Below, in pieces: positions 25,524 to 39,883 of a DNA stretch of 64,000 bases. This stretch comes from Octopus sinensis (Eukaryota). Below the pieces are notes generated by a model that was given only the letters and a program-made list of their open reading frames with translations, searched no databases and had not been told where the DNA came from. Position 1 is the first letter of the stretch; the number at the start of each line of letters is the position of its first letter. The DNA lies in assembly GCF_006345805.1 (NCBI RefSeq), contig NC_043005.1, positions 43,896,001 to 43,960,000 of the forward strand, in the 5' to 3' direction. A program made the translations under genes and the position numbers.

Positions 25524-25905
25524 TCATCATCATCATCATCGTTTAGCGTCCGTTTTCCATGCTAGCATGGGTTGGACGGTTCAACTGGGGTCTGTAAAGC
25601 CAGAAGGCTTCATCAGGCCCAGTCAGATCTGGCAGTGTTTCTACGGCTGGATGCCCTTCCTAACGCCAACCACTCCGTGAGTGTAGTGGATGCTTTTTAC
25701 GTGCCACCCGCACAGGTGCCAGACAGAGCTGGCAAACGGCCACGAACGGATGGTGCCTTTTATGTGCCACCGGCACGGGGGCGAGGCGAGGCTGGCAACA
25801 GACACGAACGGATGGTGCTTTTTACGTGCCACCAGCACGAGGCCAGTCAGGGCGGCACTGGCAATGGTCGCAAACGGATGGTTCTCTGCCACCAGCACTG
25901 GTAAC
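25524..25905 (-). mobile_element. (GAT)n-tailed retroposon (RTE-like 3' end) with internal ~47-bp tandem units
   Basis: Minus strand ...TTAGGAAGGGCATCCAGC...CCAACCCATGCTAGCATGGAAAACGGACG...(GAT)n; repeated GGATGGTGCTTTTTACGTGCCACC; relatives at ~4580, 33850, 47045, 50830 and 62980. Confidence 0.7.
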
Positions 25906-28900
25906 ACATCTGCATATATATATATATATGTGTGTGTGTGTGTTTGTGTTGGTCTCCCATCACCATTTGACAACCGGTGCTGGTGTATTTATTTCCCTGT
26001 AACATTACAGTTCAGCAAAAGAGTCCAATAGAATTAAGTACTGGGGTCAGTAAATAAGTACGGGGTGGGGGCGCAATTCATTCAACTCAGAACTCTTCAA
26101 GTCTTTCAAATACTCAAATTATTTCACTATAATGCATTGTGACCACAGTCCACTTGTGCAGCCACCTGATGGTTTGTGACTCATCTGTTCATATAAGTTT
26201 GTCCTCTTGCTGGTGATTTGCATCTGTGATGGTCACCTCCCACTGTGTGGTGTCATCTTCTTTTAACTTCTTCATTCCTCTGTGCACATAGCTCATGTCA
26301 CTTGTATCATCTCCATAAACATCCTGTAGCCTTCTGTGGATGTTGGACAGCCCTCAGCTGTCATTCATCGAGAACTCAACGATGGCATGTTGGAACCTAT
26401 AATTTGCATGCAGTGAAGAATTACTAAAAGAAAGGTACAGTAGAAGAGTTACTTTACCAACACGTGAAAATTGAGCAGCTTATGTCAGTTACTACAAAAG
26501 GCTATGCCCACTCATGCAGCCATAGAAACCATGCCAAAACAGACAAATGGAGCTTGGGCAGCTCTTGAGCTGGTCGACCCCTATCGAACTGTCCAACCCT
26601 TGCCAGCATGGATAACAGGCGTTAAATGATGATGATGATATTATATGTTTGTGTCTCCTTATAGCATGATGTTTGTAAATGAATGTCGCCATCATACAAG
26701 TGGCGTCCTGTCTTTTTATTCTTCTGTGTCATGTCTGGTCCTGTAGAAGTATTATCTTGCTTAGCAGCATATGATGGTTGACAACAGGAAGAACATCCCG
26801 CTGTAGAAAATCTGCCTCAGTAAATTCCATGTGATTTGTGCAAGGATGGAAAAGTGGGTGTTGAAACAACGTGGTGTGTGGCAAATATTCGCATCTATAT
26901 GTGTATGTGTGAAATAAGTCTTTTGACTTATTTCAGTCATTTGACTATGGCCATGCTGCAGCACAACCCTGAAGAATTTTTACTGAACAAGTTGACACCA
27001 GTACTTTTATCGTTTTAGTTTTTTTTTAGCCAGCATGGTACTTATTCTCTTGGTCTCTTTTGCTGAACCATTATGTTACATGGATGTAAACAGATCGACA
27101 CTGGTTGTCAAGCTGTGGCGGGGGACAAACACAGACACAAAGACACCCACATTTATATATACAACGGGCTTCATCCACTCACAAGCCTTTGGTTGGCCTA
27201 GGGCTATAGTAGAAAAACACCTGTCCAAGGTTCCGCGCTATGGGACTGTACCTAGAACCATGTGGTTAGGTAACAAACTTCTTACCACACTCAACCGTGT
27301 CTGCACCTAGATTGTGTGTGTGTGGATATATATATATATATATGCATACATATATACACACATATACATGCATACATTCACACACACACACACACATACA
27401 CATATATGGATCTCATACAAGTCTAATCTTTCTCTAGGTGCTCCACCGAGTGTTGTTTTCCAAAGTAGAGCCTTGGCCTTCACCCAATAAGACCATCAAG
27501 TATGGATTACATGATTGAGGTGTTGGCTATTACCCAACTGCTCCAGCAGTGATTCTCTGTTTTTGCTCTCTATAATAGTGACAAATCTAGTCAGCTGTGA
27601 GCGTCTTAGGAGTTTAGAATTGATACTTTCTGCTGGTCACTAGCCACAAAAATAATTGAACTCTGCAGCGGATTTTCTAAACCTCTTAAGACAATGAAGC
27701 CTTTGTTGTTATTTAACCCTGGTCTGCTTTGTGAAATTCAAGACAAACTTATGATCAAAGGCATTCCAGACAAGATATTCCTGTCTTAATGTTTATCTGG
27801 GACTGTATCACTAAACTTGTTGTTTTTTTTTTCCTTTTCCCCCTTTTAAAGATGGGAGGTGTGATTTGATGAGGGAGGTGACTGCTATTTCTAGGCCAAG
27901 CAAGCACTTAGATTTCCTTCATTTTCCTTTATAAAACTTATTTCTGCATTATTTTAGGCTTAAAGAGTGTCTGTATGTTCAGTCTGGTAGTATCCTTTAC
28001 AAAAATATTGATACTTTATAATTTTTTTATTCTGCTTAGCAGCTTGCTTGTTGAACCTAAAGGAAGGATTTGTCATTCTTTGATTACCATCTTATTCTAG
28101 ATCCATGTTTCTCAACCTATTTTCCTGCAGGGCCCACTATAACTTTCAAGAAAAATGTATGCCCCACCAGTGGTTGAAAAAAAAACAACTTTATTTTTAA
28201 TATTCTATCACAATTATTTAATACAAAAGAGTCTACTGGTAACTCTTTTATTAAGTAAAGGGTAAAGGTTAAAAGCTCCTTTCGGTCATGAATGACCATG
28301 GAATTGCACCTAGCAAGTTCCGCTCCAACAAGTCCAGGTAAGATTGTTTATGGAAGACCAGCAATCACCCATACATACCAGTCTCCCCTCTCCATGCCCA
28401 GGTATTATCCAAGAGAAAGGCAAAGGTTGATATAGCTTGGCACCAGTGATGTTGCAACTCATTTCTACAGCTGATTGATCTAGAGCAATGTGAAATAAAG
28501 CATCTTGCTCAAGAACACAACTCGTACAGCCTGGTTCAGGAATCGAATTCGCTACCTCATGACTGTGAGCCTGATGCTCTAACCAGTGAGCTATGCTCCT
28601 TCACTTTATTAAGTACTGAGTACAAAAAAAAAGTACATTATTAACTAAGAGCAAAAAGGGTATCACTTTAATGAGAACCTTGTGCCTGGCATCCACAGCA
28701 CCACGCCCCACCAGTAGGGTGTTAATCCCTGTTCTAGACTATTGTTGATAGTTTATCTAATTTTATTGACTAATCTTTTCACATTCAGATTACTCTGTCC
28801 CATATAATCCTTATTTATTCACGGTCTTTTGAATTAATCATGCTTTAATATTTTGATGTTGGAATTGTTTATTTTTAGAATGACATTGCCTGGTAGGTGT

Positions 28901-30208
28901 GAAAGGCTGAATCTAGATAGTTTGAATGCAAAACAGGCAGACTGTTTGGGCTGGTTATGATTAATTTAAATGCCAGAGGCACATGGCTCAGTGGTTAGAG
29001 TGTTGGGCTCGTGATCATAAGATTGTAGTTTCAATTCCTGGATCAGGCAATGCATTGTGTTATTGAGCAAAACTCTTCATTTCACATTGCTCCAGTCCAC
29101 TCAGCTGGCAAAACTGAGTAATCCTGTGACAGACCGACATCCCATCCAGGCGTGGGGGGTGGGATTTATGTGCCATGGGAAACCAAATAACAGGCTCTTA
29201 TGAGTCGACATGACTTGCGAAGGTAACTTAACTTCTTTTTACAGGGGGTTAAAGAGATAAAAGGATAAATTAGCTCAGGTATGATTCGAACTTTGAAATC
29301 GCACAATGCCACTTGTGCTACTGGAATAGTATTTTGTTTGGCTGTGTATTGGTAGCAGATTTGAAGGAAAAGCCTAGTCAGGAATTAGATTTAACCATTC
29401 CAATTCTTTGCAAGAAGAAAAATATCATTGAACTGATGAAACTGGAGAATTAAAATTGTTTGTCAGACAAACAAAATAACAAATAATAATTAAGTAGGTT
29501 TAAGGAGCTACTTTGAAGTAAACCACCTGTTTAATCATATTAATTATTAATAAGCTGCTAGCTTTTAGTATTTGGAACATTTTTCTACTCAAGCAAATTT
29601 TCATGCAGTGTTTCAGTATGAAGGAAATTAATGGACCATCCATAGCTGACTGGTCGAGCTATTTATCTGAAGAATCTTTTAGATCAATAAACTATTAATA
29701 AATCTTCCAACAAGATAGTTTATCTTCACCATCAAAGCTTATCCTTAAATAAATTATTGAATATATACGCTTACGACTAGTAATGGCCTTCTTTATGAAC
29801 TAAAATATTAAGAATAAAATTCTTCAAACCTGTTCCAAATCTTTAAAGTTAGTTATGGCTTGAGTTTTGACACAAATTCTCAAGTAGATCAGTCGTATTG
29901 ATTAGTATCAAAGTTTTAGGAAATTCTGCTGTACAGATTCATAAAGTAAAAACTTTTGCCACAAGAGGACAACATAGAAAAGTATTTGTAATCATTAAGA
30001 GTTTGATTAGGCCTGGCTTAATAAGCTCTGCCTTTCCTGTAACTTAAGACCTACTTTGTGTAAATATTTTCCATATTTCATTTTGCAACCATAATATACT
30101 AAGTTTATTAAAGGCACATGGCTTAGTGGTTAAGGTATTCGGCTCGCAATTTTAGGGTCACAAGTTCAATTCCCCGGCAGCGCATTGTGTCCTTGAGCAA
30201 GGCACATT

Positions 30209-30378
30209 ATTTCACACTGCCTCAGTCCACTCAGCTGATTAGTACCCATATTTCACACTGCCTCAGTCCACTCAGCTGATTAGTACCCATATTTCACACT
30301 GCCTCAGTCCACTCAGCTGATTAGTACCCATATTTCACACTGCCTCAGTCCACTCAGCTGATTAGTACCCATATTTCA
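30209..30378 (+). repeat. Perfect 41-bp tandem repeat x4 inside a SINE (30113-30548)
   Basis: ATTTCACACTGCCTCAGTCCACTCAGCTGATTAGTACCCAT at 30209, 30250, 30291 and 30332. Confidence 0.95.
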
Positions 30379-33300
30379 AGGGGCCGGCCTTGTCACACTC
30401 TGTGTCATGCTGAATCTCCTTGAGAAGTATGTGAAGGGGTACGTGTGTCTGTGGAGAACTCAGCCACTTGCAAGTTAATCCCATGAGCAAGCTGTTCTGT
30501 TGATTTGATCAACTGGAACCCTCGTCGTTGTAAGTGACAGAGTGCCAGATTTTTTATTAAGGGTTTATAAGTTAATACTATGTCTTACTTTGGTGTTAGC
30601 AGTGTGATATGATCACTTAAGTTTATCTCTATTAATTTTCTATAGAATGTAGAGCCAGCCCTGAATGTTACAATATACATGAATTTGCTTCATCTTAGGA
30701 TTAATTAATTTATTTATTCATTAAGCCTTAATTGTTTTCTAGAAAAATGTATTCCCCACTGGTGGTTCAAAAATAACAACTTTATTTTTAATATTTCATA
30801 ATTATATACTTTCCTGAAAGAAATACTCATATTAGGGCATTCGAATAGTGCTATACTGCAGCAAATAGTCTTAATTTTCACAATTCAATGTCCCATAAAA
30901 AAAAAAGGAAAAAAAGTTTGGATCCCATGCCCTACCACAGTTTTCCCAGACCTCACATTGGGGAATCACTGCTTTGGATTATTAAGAAACTTAAGATAAG
31001 TTATTGTTGACTTCTTTCATGTTCATTGTTAGGTATTCATTAGCAAGAAATACATATACAGTAAGGGAAAAAGTAAGTGCCAATCCATTATAGTCTGTCA
31101 AAATTTAATCACATTTGTCTGTAAAGTTGTGTGATACTTAACCCTTTTGTGTTTAGATTATTCTGTGAAAAGTAATGTGTACTTATTCACATTGTTTTGA
31201 ATTAATCATACATTACTTTGTAGCTTTGGGATTTCAATGATGTGTTTATTTTTAGAATGACCTTGTAAGGTAAATGGGAGAGACCAAATCTGGCTAGTGT
31301 GAACATAAAGCCAGTAGACTATTTGGGCTGGATATAGCCAGTTTAAATGCTAAAGAGTTGCACTATAAAAGCATTAAATATTTGTTAATAGGAAGAAAAT
31401 CTCTAAAGATAGCATCTCCATTGTGTGTTTTGGTTTTGATTGGGTTAAATAAAACTTTGGCTATAAATGCAACATATTCTGAATTTCTTAGAAACCTCTT
31501 GGAGATTCTTGTCTAGAATTATTAAAATTATCGCAAACTCTTCATCACAGAAAAAAAAATGGTCTTTTGTTGGCATTTAGTATTAAATTCATGAACATTT
31601 ACATATGTAACCTATATTGCCAGTAGTTGTTGGTCATTTGCTGGCTGTGGCAACCTAAGGCATGTGCTGTCTCTCAACATTAATAATCAACAAAATTTAC
31701 ATATGCCATTTAAATGAGTATATTTTTCAGATTATTCTTCACCCCAGAGTGTCTGCTAAGCTGTTGAAGTTTAAAGTGCATCATGGTTTTACTCATTAAT
31801 TCTCAGGTTCCTTTGTGTTCGAACAAACCAACAGACAGCAAGCAGTGATTCACAGCAAACCTTTTCTGCCAGTAATATTTTTAAATTGTTGTTGTAAAGT
31901 TGGCAGTAGTTTTGTGTAAATTCTAAGTAAATTTTGTTTATTAATGAAATTAAACTCAACAGTGATTCATTATCAGTGTCGGTGCTGTGAGCCCAGCTAC
32001 AGGCATATCTTGATATTGATTCCTCTGTTCTCGTCTGTCAGCTAATTATAAGCGATAAGACTTTCTTACCCTTTTGTATTTCATTCTTTCTTTTAAGTCA
32101 CCCCCATCTGAATAATCTCAAATGGAATTTGGCTAAAGGGTAGATTTAAGATTTAATTTTTCTGAATGAATTTGTTGCTTCATTTTATTTTCATGTTGTT
32201 ATCTTAAGCTATTAGTCCCTGGGTATTTCATTTGATGACTAAATCTTACTTAGAATCTTGTTCTTTTAGAAAAATGTGATTTGTATCTTTGAGTTTTAGT
32301 ATTTTGATAAGAGGATGAAATGCTGAGCTGATGTACACAAACTTAAGCTTATTAAACTTGTCCTTTTCTTTTAACTGGATACATCTTTTAAACAAGAGAT
32401 TAGCAGTCATTTTCTGGATTTTTTTTTTTTTTCTCTTAAAAGTTTTGCTACATTTTACCAACAATTTCAAAAGTTTTTATTTATCTACAACACTTCATCA
32501 ATGATAATTAGGTTCCATATTTCAGTGAATTTTACCATTCCTCATTGTTCATCCAAATCAGTATTCTCTTTTATAGGAATTTCAACTACTTTATTATTAT
32601 TATTATTATCAGACTCGTTAGCATGCCGAGCTAAATGCTTAACAGTATTTCACCTGTCATGTTCTGAGTTCAAATTCTGCAAATTTCAACTTTGCCTTTC
32701 ATCCTTTCAGGGTCAATAAAGTACCAGTGAAACACTGGGATTGATGTAATTGACACAGCCCCTCCCCCAAAATGGCTGCCCTTGTGGCAAAATTTGAAAC
32801 CATTCATTGGCTTTCTTCTTTCACTTCTGTATTTTTTTAGAATTGTACTTTTCCATGTCTTTTTTTTAATTTTTTTTTAACTAATACATAAAGAATTTGT
32901 TTATCAGTTTTCAGTTGACAGAATCATAAACATTTTGAATTTCTCTAAAAACTCTTTTGTGGCCATATTTCCAATTTCCAACAAAATATACACTGCTTGT
33001 GTATATGTATGTCAATTAATTTTCAAAATCAAGAATTTGGAGGGATTTAATAAAATAACTTGCTCATTATTAAACTTGTTAATGAAAAAAACTTAATGAA
33101 AAAAAATTTTTCCTTAGATATAAATATGAAGGGAAATTTTAATTTAAATAGAAATTTTTATAAAAATTAGAGGTTTTGTAACATAATCAGATGCAGTGTC
33201 AGGAGAGTTGGTATCAAAAGGTTAAAAATGTTACTCTAGGTCATTTCTCAGAGCTTTCAAACATTTTCTAAAAAATATTGACTTTATTATTGAAATTTAT

Positions 33301-35355
33301 GTATTGTCCCCATTGATAAATTTTCCAACTGATGTATTATGAAATTGACATTTTGTTTTCTGTTTAGATTTAGAATTCTTGAGAAAAAAATTCATTAGTT
33401 CATATATTAAATTATATATATATATATTTTACTTGTTTCAGTCATTAGATTGTAGCCATGCTGGGGCTCTGCCTTAAAGTATTTTTCAGTTGAATGAAGC
33501 AGCCCCAGTATTTTTTCTCTTTTAAGCTTTGTACTTATTCTATCAATCTCTTTTGCTGAATCACTGAGTTACGGGGACATAAATGTCAGATGTTATACAT
33601 TGCTGGTCACCATGCACTTCACATTGTTTTTAGCTTTTGAATGATACCACCCCTACTGACTAGGAGAGCAGGCTGTATATGTATGTATATGTAGGACAGG
33701 CTTCTTTCAGTTTCTATCTACCAAATCCACTCACAAGGTTTTGGTCAGTCTGAGGCTAAGTCACAGGGAAATAAACACAACAACATGGGTTGTCAAGCAG
33801 TGATGTTGGGCAATCAGACATAAGGACACATGCGCTTATATATATGTGGAAGGTGGTTGGTGTTAGGAAGGGCATCCAGACATAAAAACCATTCCGAAAC
33901 AGACAGAGAAGCCTGGTGTAGTCTTCTGCCTGGCCAGGTCCTGTCAAACTGTCCAACCCATGCTAGCATGGAAGGCAGACATTAAACACTGGTGATGTAT
34001 GTATGTATGTATGAATGACAGTTTTTCAGTTTACTTTCAGTATTTATCTACCAGATCCACTAACAAGGCCTTGGTTGGCCCAAAGCTATAGTTAGTAGAA
34101 GACACTTGCCCAAAGTGTCACACATTGGGACTGAACCTAGAACCATGTGGTCGGGAAGTACACACCCACGCCATCTCGCCCATGTTCAGTTATCATTATG
34201 TTGTTACTGGTATTTTGAAATATAAACAACCCTAGAAATCTCCCTGGACAATACCGCAGCACGATAAATATATAATTTACCAACCAGTGTTTACATTATA
34301 GCTCTGCTATTACTGAATCTGTCAAATGTACAGACCAGAGAGACACATTCATTATCAGGGACAAAAATAGCCCTAACAATAACAACAACAACAACAAAAA
34401 CAACGGTTCTTTTCCAACTGATATGTGATGGATATTTGACTTTGGTGTTACAGTTGTTGACTATTAATGTCTAAAGTGTCTGCCTGCCTTACTCAGAATT
34501 AATCATCTTATAGAAAACAATATTCCATAATTAGATAAGGAAAGAAATAGATTGAAATATCTTTACTTTTCAGCTATGGTTTCTAAACTAGTTATTTTTC
34601 ACAAAGAAAAGCCATGCTTTAACAAGAAGTACAAACATTATTTGGTCTTGTTTCACCTATTTTATTCATAATACAGTTTAAATTCATCATCATTTAAAAA
34701 AATAAAAAATTGTTTAAGGTCCCATTTTCCATGTTGGCTCAAGTTGAAAAGCTTGATAGGAACCAATTAACCAGCAGACTGTGCTGAGCTCCAGTATCTG
34801 TTTTGGCTTGATTTCAACAGCTGGGTGCACCAACCACTTTGCCGATTGCAGGGGGTACTTTTCACATGGTACCAACGCTGGTGAGGTCACCAAGCATTCA
34901 CAAAACAAGACTTCTCAACTGTGTGGAGTGTGGGTTTGAAGGAGGTGAAAGTATGATAGAGGATCAGGAATAGGTGTCTTGCAGAACAGGAAAAAAGAAT
35001 CAAAACTTTGTTCTTTTAATCTCATTTTCTTTTTAATTTTTGTTTTAAATATATAGGCTTGGTTATGTGTAAGACGTTTGCTTTCCAACCACATGATGTC
35101 AGGTTTAGTCCCACTGTGTGGCACCTTGAGCAAGTGTCTTCTACTATAGCCTTAGATCAGCCAAATCTTTATGAATGGATTTTGTAAACAGAAACTGATA
35201 GAAGCCCATCAGATAGTATATGTGTGTATGTGTATCTGTCTTTGTGTCTGTGTTTGTCCCCCACCAATTAACAACAGGTGTTGGTGTGTTTACATCCCTG
35301 TAACTTAGCGGTTCAGCAAGAGACTGATAGAATAAGTATCTGGCTTTAAGTATTG

Positions 35356-35590
35356 AAGGCAGCGAGCTGGCAGAAACATTAGCACACCAGGCGAAATGCT
35401 TAGCAGTATTTCGTCTGTCTTTACGTTCTGAGTTCAAATTCTGCCAAGGTCGACTTTGCCTTTCATCCTTTCGGGGTCAATTAAACAAGTACCAGTTATG
35501 CACTGGGGTCGATATAATCGACTTAATCTGTTTTGTCTGTCCTTGTTTGTTCCCTTTATGTGTAGCCCCTTGTGAGCAGTAAAGAAATAA
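35356..35590 (+). mobile_element. Family B SINE inserted in a family A SINE, with 19-bp TSD
   Basis: AATAAGTATCTGGCTTTAA at 35331-35349 and 35586-35604. Confidence 0.85.
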
Positions 35591-36039
35591 GTATCTGGCT
35601 TTAAAAAAAAGTACACACTGGGATCGATTCATTCGACTGAAATTCTTGAAGACAGCGCCCCATCATGGCTGCAGTTTGATGACTGAAACGAGTAAAATAT
35701 AAACGACATCTAATTTCCATATTTTATTTTACTGCTTGGTATCAACCTGCTTCAAAATCCTCTGAGACAAAGCATATCCATTACAGTTGTCCCCTACCCG
35801 CAAACAAAGATCATTCTAGCATTTCCTTATACAGGTTCATTCTGAGCTCTCTAATATTTTCACAGTGAATGTACTTTGTGTGTGTGTGTTTGTATACGTG
35901 TATGAGTGATTTTTCGTTGAGCTTTATTTAAAGTTCTTCTTGAGAGAGTTCAGGCTGGTCGCTAACAAAGTGACAAGACATTTTGAGTTAAGAGAGTTCC
36001 CAGTGTTTGTAAATAAATTTACAATTGATGTTTTGGTTG

Positions 36040-36330
36040 AGCTGTCAATGCATACACCCAGTTATGTGCTTCTATTCACGTAAGAATCACAGACGGATAA
36101 TTTTTAGAATGTACGTATGTACAATATTCAGCACATCACTCTTTAACTAAATTTTTTTAGCCACTACACACATTTTTTTTCTCTCCTTGTTTTTTCTGTG
36201 TCCCTTTCTGTAGAAGAGCGTAGGCTCAAAACGTAAAAGACTTTTTCTATTCTTGAGTGTTATACTAATACATCTGTTTGTTTTGTACACCACCTGTCTT
36301 CATCTTTTGTTTTTTTCGTAAACTCTCCTA
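36040..36330 (+). mobile_element. Probable Penelope-like 3' fragment with a degenerate minimal hammerhead-like motif (36201-36240)
   Basis: CTTTCTGTAGAAGAGC-GTAG-GCTC-AAAACGTAAAAGA followed by a U-rich tail ending at (TA)n. Confidence 0.35.
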
Positions 36331-37745
36331 TATATATATGCCATTGGTCTCAAGTTTTTATCCAATTTGTTAATATGAACATTTTATTATGTTTACACAG
36401 GATTTCCATACGTTTAAAATATGTAATTATGATGGCTTTTTTACATTTGTATCAGAATATCTGCAGATTCTTCTAATATCTTATAAAATATCACCAGCTG
36501 TGACATAAACATCTCCCAACTAATGAAGACACCATTACAATATTGTATGGTCTACTAGAAATACAAATTAAATCTTCCTACTGTCACACCCTACTCTCTT
36601 AAAAAGAGGGGGGGGGGAATACATTAGATGAAGTAGTCCAAGATATACTGTGTGGACAAGAGAAGAACATAGTGGCCATGACTGGAATGCTTTTGATCAA
36701 AGGTCTACTGAATCGGGGCTAAACAACATGAACATCTAGGCTGTCAGTTATTATTTTTTTTTTCTTTGACTGAAATTGAACAATCTCCATTATTTTTCTG
36801 TATGTCTTCTTAGTTTTGTTGGTGCTTTTGTTACCATATTTCCGTAGAAATACAAGGAATTTGTTTATGTACATTTTTAAAATAATGAAGAATTTAGTAA
36901 AATAACTTCGTCATTATCAAATTTAATATTTAATAACAGCTCTATTTTAAATTGTTGTTTGGAACTTAAATTAACATGAAATTTTGTTGGAAGGTATAGA
37001 TCACTTAAAACCGGGAAATTTTCTGTCATAGAGGCAGGGATAGTCTCAGGTGGTTTGGTTTCAAAAGGATTAAAACGGTTGATAGAACCAATTAAAATGT
37101 ACTGTTTTCTTCGCAAGAATTTGTTTCGAAAATTTTGTTATTTTATTAATTAAAAAGAAAAAAATGCTGTTTTACATTGGTGTTTTCCATGTTAGCATGG
37201 CTAGAATGGTTTACTTTTTGAATCTTTTGATTTCGTGGTTGGATGCCCTTCCTACCATAGCCACCCAAACGTAAAGTAGGAATGCTGTGTTGTTAGTCAA
37301 GCAAAATAAGAAAGTAGCGTTAATTGCCTTACTCAGAGATAGAAAATCTCATAGTCGTAAAATCTGAGCTTAATCAGTAGTACAATAACTTTAACTCATT
37401 TGCTTCCTAATAATCTCAATATCCCCCACTCCCCCTCTTTTTTCTTCTGGGAAATATTAGAATATTTAGATATTCACTTCAAAATAAATATGAAAATAAA
37501 GATTAGACTGTGAGATTTTTTTTTTTATTTTATCCCATGAATTCCTCCAGACAATTCACCATAATAAGCATTTTGTTCTGTGATAGTAATTCTTTAAATA
37601 AACAGAAATATGAATTAAATTTATAACGGTTGAGAAATTGTTAAAATTGTGCACATTTTCTAGAAATTACTATTTCAGGTCTTAATTTATTAAAATTCTT
37701 CATATATATTTTTTCTCTCTTTTTTTTTTTTTACAGCATTCCATA

Positions 37746-38450
37746 ATGGCTGCTAATACCTGCTATTGTTGTTCAGATAAAGGGAAGACGTCCGAAGAAA
37801 TGGACTTGGATGAGGCTCTCAATGAACTCGGCATGCTGAGTACTGTTACAGAAAGCCGAAAGCAATACTTGCGAGAAAAACAGACGACCTCTCGTGTTGC
37901 AAGGCTTTACAAGAATATGGATAATAGGCAACAGGGCAAAAAGAAAATTGGAGTAATTCATTTTAATCCTGAATACATTGCAAAAGTTACAATAGGATCT
38001 AATCAGCCATCATCCAATATCTGGATTCAAGACACATTTGAAGAGAATAACTTGGACTTTTTTAAGAATTACCAAAAAAGAACTGAAAGCATAGAAGCAG
38101 ACATGCGTTCAAGGCGATTAGAGAGGTATCGTCTTGGTAGGATTCGTCGATTCCGGAGACCTTATGAAGTACCTTGGCGCCTAATGGAGCCATTACCTAG
38201 CAACGTTTCTCAAGAAAATGATAGTTTAGAACCTCAATCAAAATCTAACTCATCGTCTCCTATTAAATATACGTCATCGTCGTCATCATCATCGTCGTGT
38301 TCTCTTACAAGATCCCGTTCCTTTGATAATTTGAACTTTGCAATGCTAAAAATAGCTTCTGACATTCTTGAAGAGACGAATTTTTCTTTATGTAAGCAGG
38401 AAATAGAGACTGTTTCTGCTAATATGAGAAACCTTCAGGTGACTGAATAG
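37746..38450 (+). CDS. 234-aa uncharacterised protein (Arg-rich middle, Ser-rich tract, RSRSFD motif) encoded in one exon
   Basis: Only long non-repetitive ORF in the window; acceptor TTTTCTCTCTTTTTTTTTTTTTACAG ends at 37736, 9 nt before the ATG (ATAATGG context); higher CpG/GC than flanks; candidate AATAAA at 39556. Confidence 0.85.
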   Translation: MAANTCYCCSDKGKTSEEMDLDEALNELGMLSTVTESRKQYLREKQTTSRVARLYKNMDNRQQGKKKIGVIHFNPEYIAKVTIGSNQPSSNIWIQDTFEENNLDFFKNYQKRTESIEADMRSRRLERYRLGRIRRFRRPYEVPWRLMEPLPSNVSQENDSLEPQSKSNSSSPIKYTSSSSSSSSCSLTRSRSFDNLNFAMLKIASDILEETNFSLCKQEIETVSANMRNLQVTE

Positions 38451-38539
38451 TTGTTTGTTACAGTAAATCTATGAACGTATTATTTCACTTGTCAATTATT
38501 TCATGAGGATACATTTGGAGAGGGTGTCTGTGCATATTA

Positions 38540-38809
38540 TGTGTGTATGTGTGTCTAAATATATATATGTAGATATATCTATATATTATATGTGTGTGTT
38601 GATATATCTATGTATATGTAGATATATGTGTATGTGTGTATATATTTCTATGTGTGTGTATATGTATATATATGTAGATATATCTATGTATATATATATA
38701 TATAAATAAATATATATATATAGATACATATATAAATATATATATATATAGATACATATATAAATATATATATATATAGATACATATATAAATATATATA
38801 TATAGATAT

Positions 38810-38843
<34 letters not shown>

Positions 38844-38923
38844 GATACATATATAAATATATATATATATTATATATAGATAGATACATATATAGATAGA
38901 TAGATACATATATATATAGATAG

Positions 38924-38972
<49 letters not shown>

Positions 38973-39025
38973 GATATATATGTGTGTGTATGTTTGTATG
39001 TACGTATGTGTGTGTATACACACAT
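38540..39025. repeat. (TA)n/(TAGA)n compound microsatellite in the presumed 3'UTR
   Basis: Direct inspection. Confidence 0.95.
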
Positions 39026-39555
39026 GCAGCTAAAAGAACATTTGGCCTTGATAATCTGGAAATATTTTAATAGATTTTCTTTTTTTCTTGTAAACAAACA
39101 TTACTTTGTATGAGAACAACTACAAACCAAAAAAAAAGTCATTCTTATTTATTTTTTGTCTTCAAATATTTTTGGAATTTCCAATTTCAGTGACTTATGA
39201 AATAATCATTGCTGTGGATGCAGCAAAATTTGATGTTGTCTTGATTGAAGGCATTTAAAAAAAATTCTTAAGTTGTTTTTTTTTTTTCAAAACTACTGCA
39301 ATGTGTTGGCATCTTGGCCATTCTTGCACATTCTTGCACAGGCAAGAAATATTTGTCAAAGAGAAATTCTATTTAAAATCTAATCTAGAATCAGTGCCTA
39401 ATTCTGTGGGAAACATGAGCCAAATACATTAGAAAGATTGATCTGTACAAATATCTTGCCTTTTTTAAAACTGATGGAATTATGTGACTGTTGTAGGTTT
39501 CTCTTTTTTGTATTTTCAGTTAAAAAATATTTGAAATTATTTTCATTTTGGTCGA

Positions 39556-39561
39556 AATAAA
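39556..39561 (+). terminator. Candidate polyadenylation signal for the 234-aa gene
   Basis: AATAAA followed ~20 nt later by a U-rich tract, just before SINE sequence begins. Confidence 0.45.
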
Positions 39562-39849
39562 CAAATGGAATATATGTATTTTTTACTTCTTTTATTTTTT
39601 AGTTTTTATTCTCTTTCTTTTTCAGTGTCTTTTATCTTTTATGGGTTTCGGTCATTGGGCTGTGACCTTGCTGGAGCACCACCTTTTAGGCTTTGGTGAA
39701 ACAACTCAGTACTAGTAGTTATTTAAAAAAATTTTTTTGACCCTGGTACTTGTTGTGTTGTCTCTTTTGTTGAACTGCTATGTTACGGAGATGTAAACAA
39801 ACCAACACCAGTTGTCAATCAGGGGTGGTAGGAGAGACATAAACACACG

Positions 39850-39883
<34 letters not shown>

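Noticed and set aside
30209-30378. CRISPR-like regular repeat
   Set aside because: No unique spacers, eukaryotic context, and it lies inside a SINE
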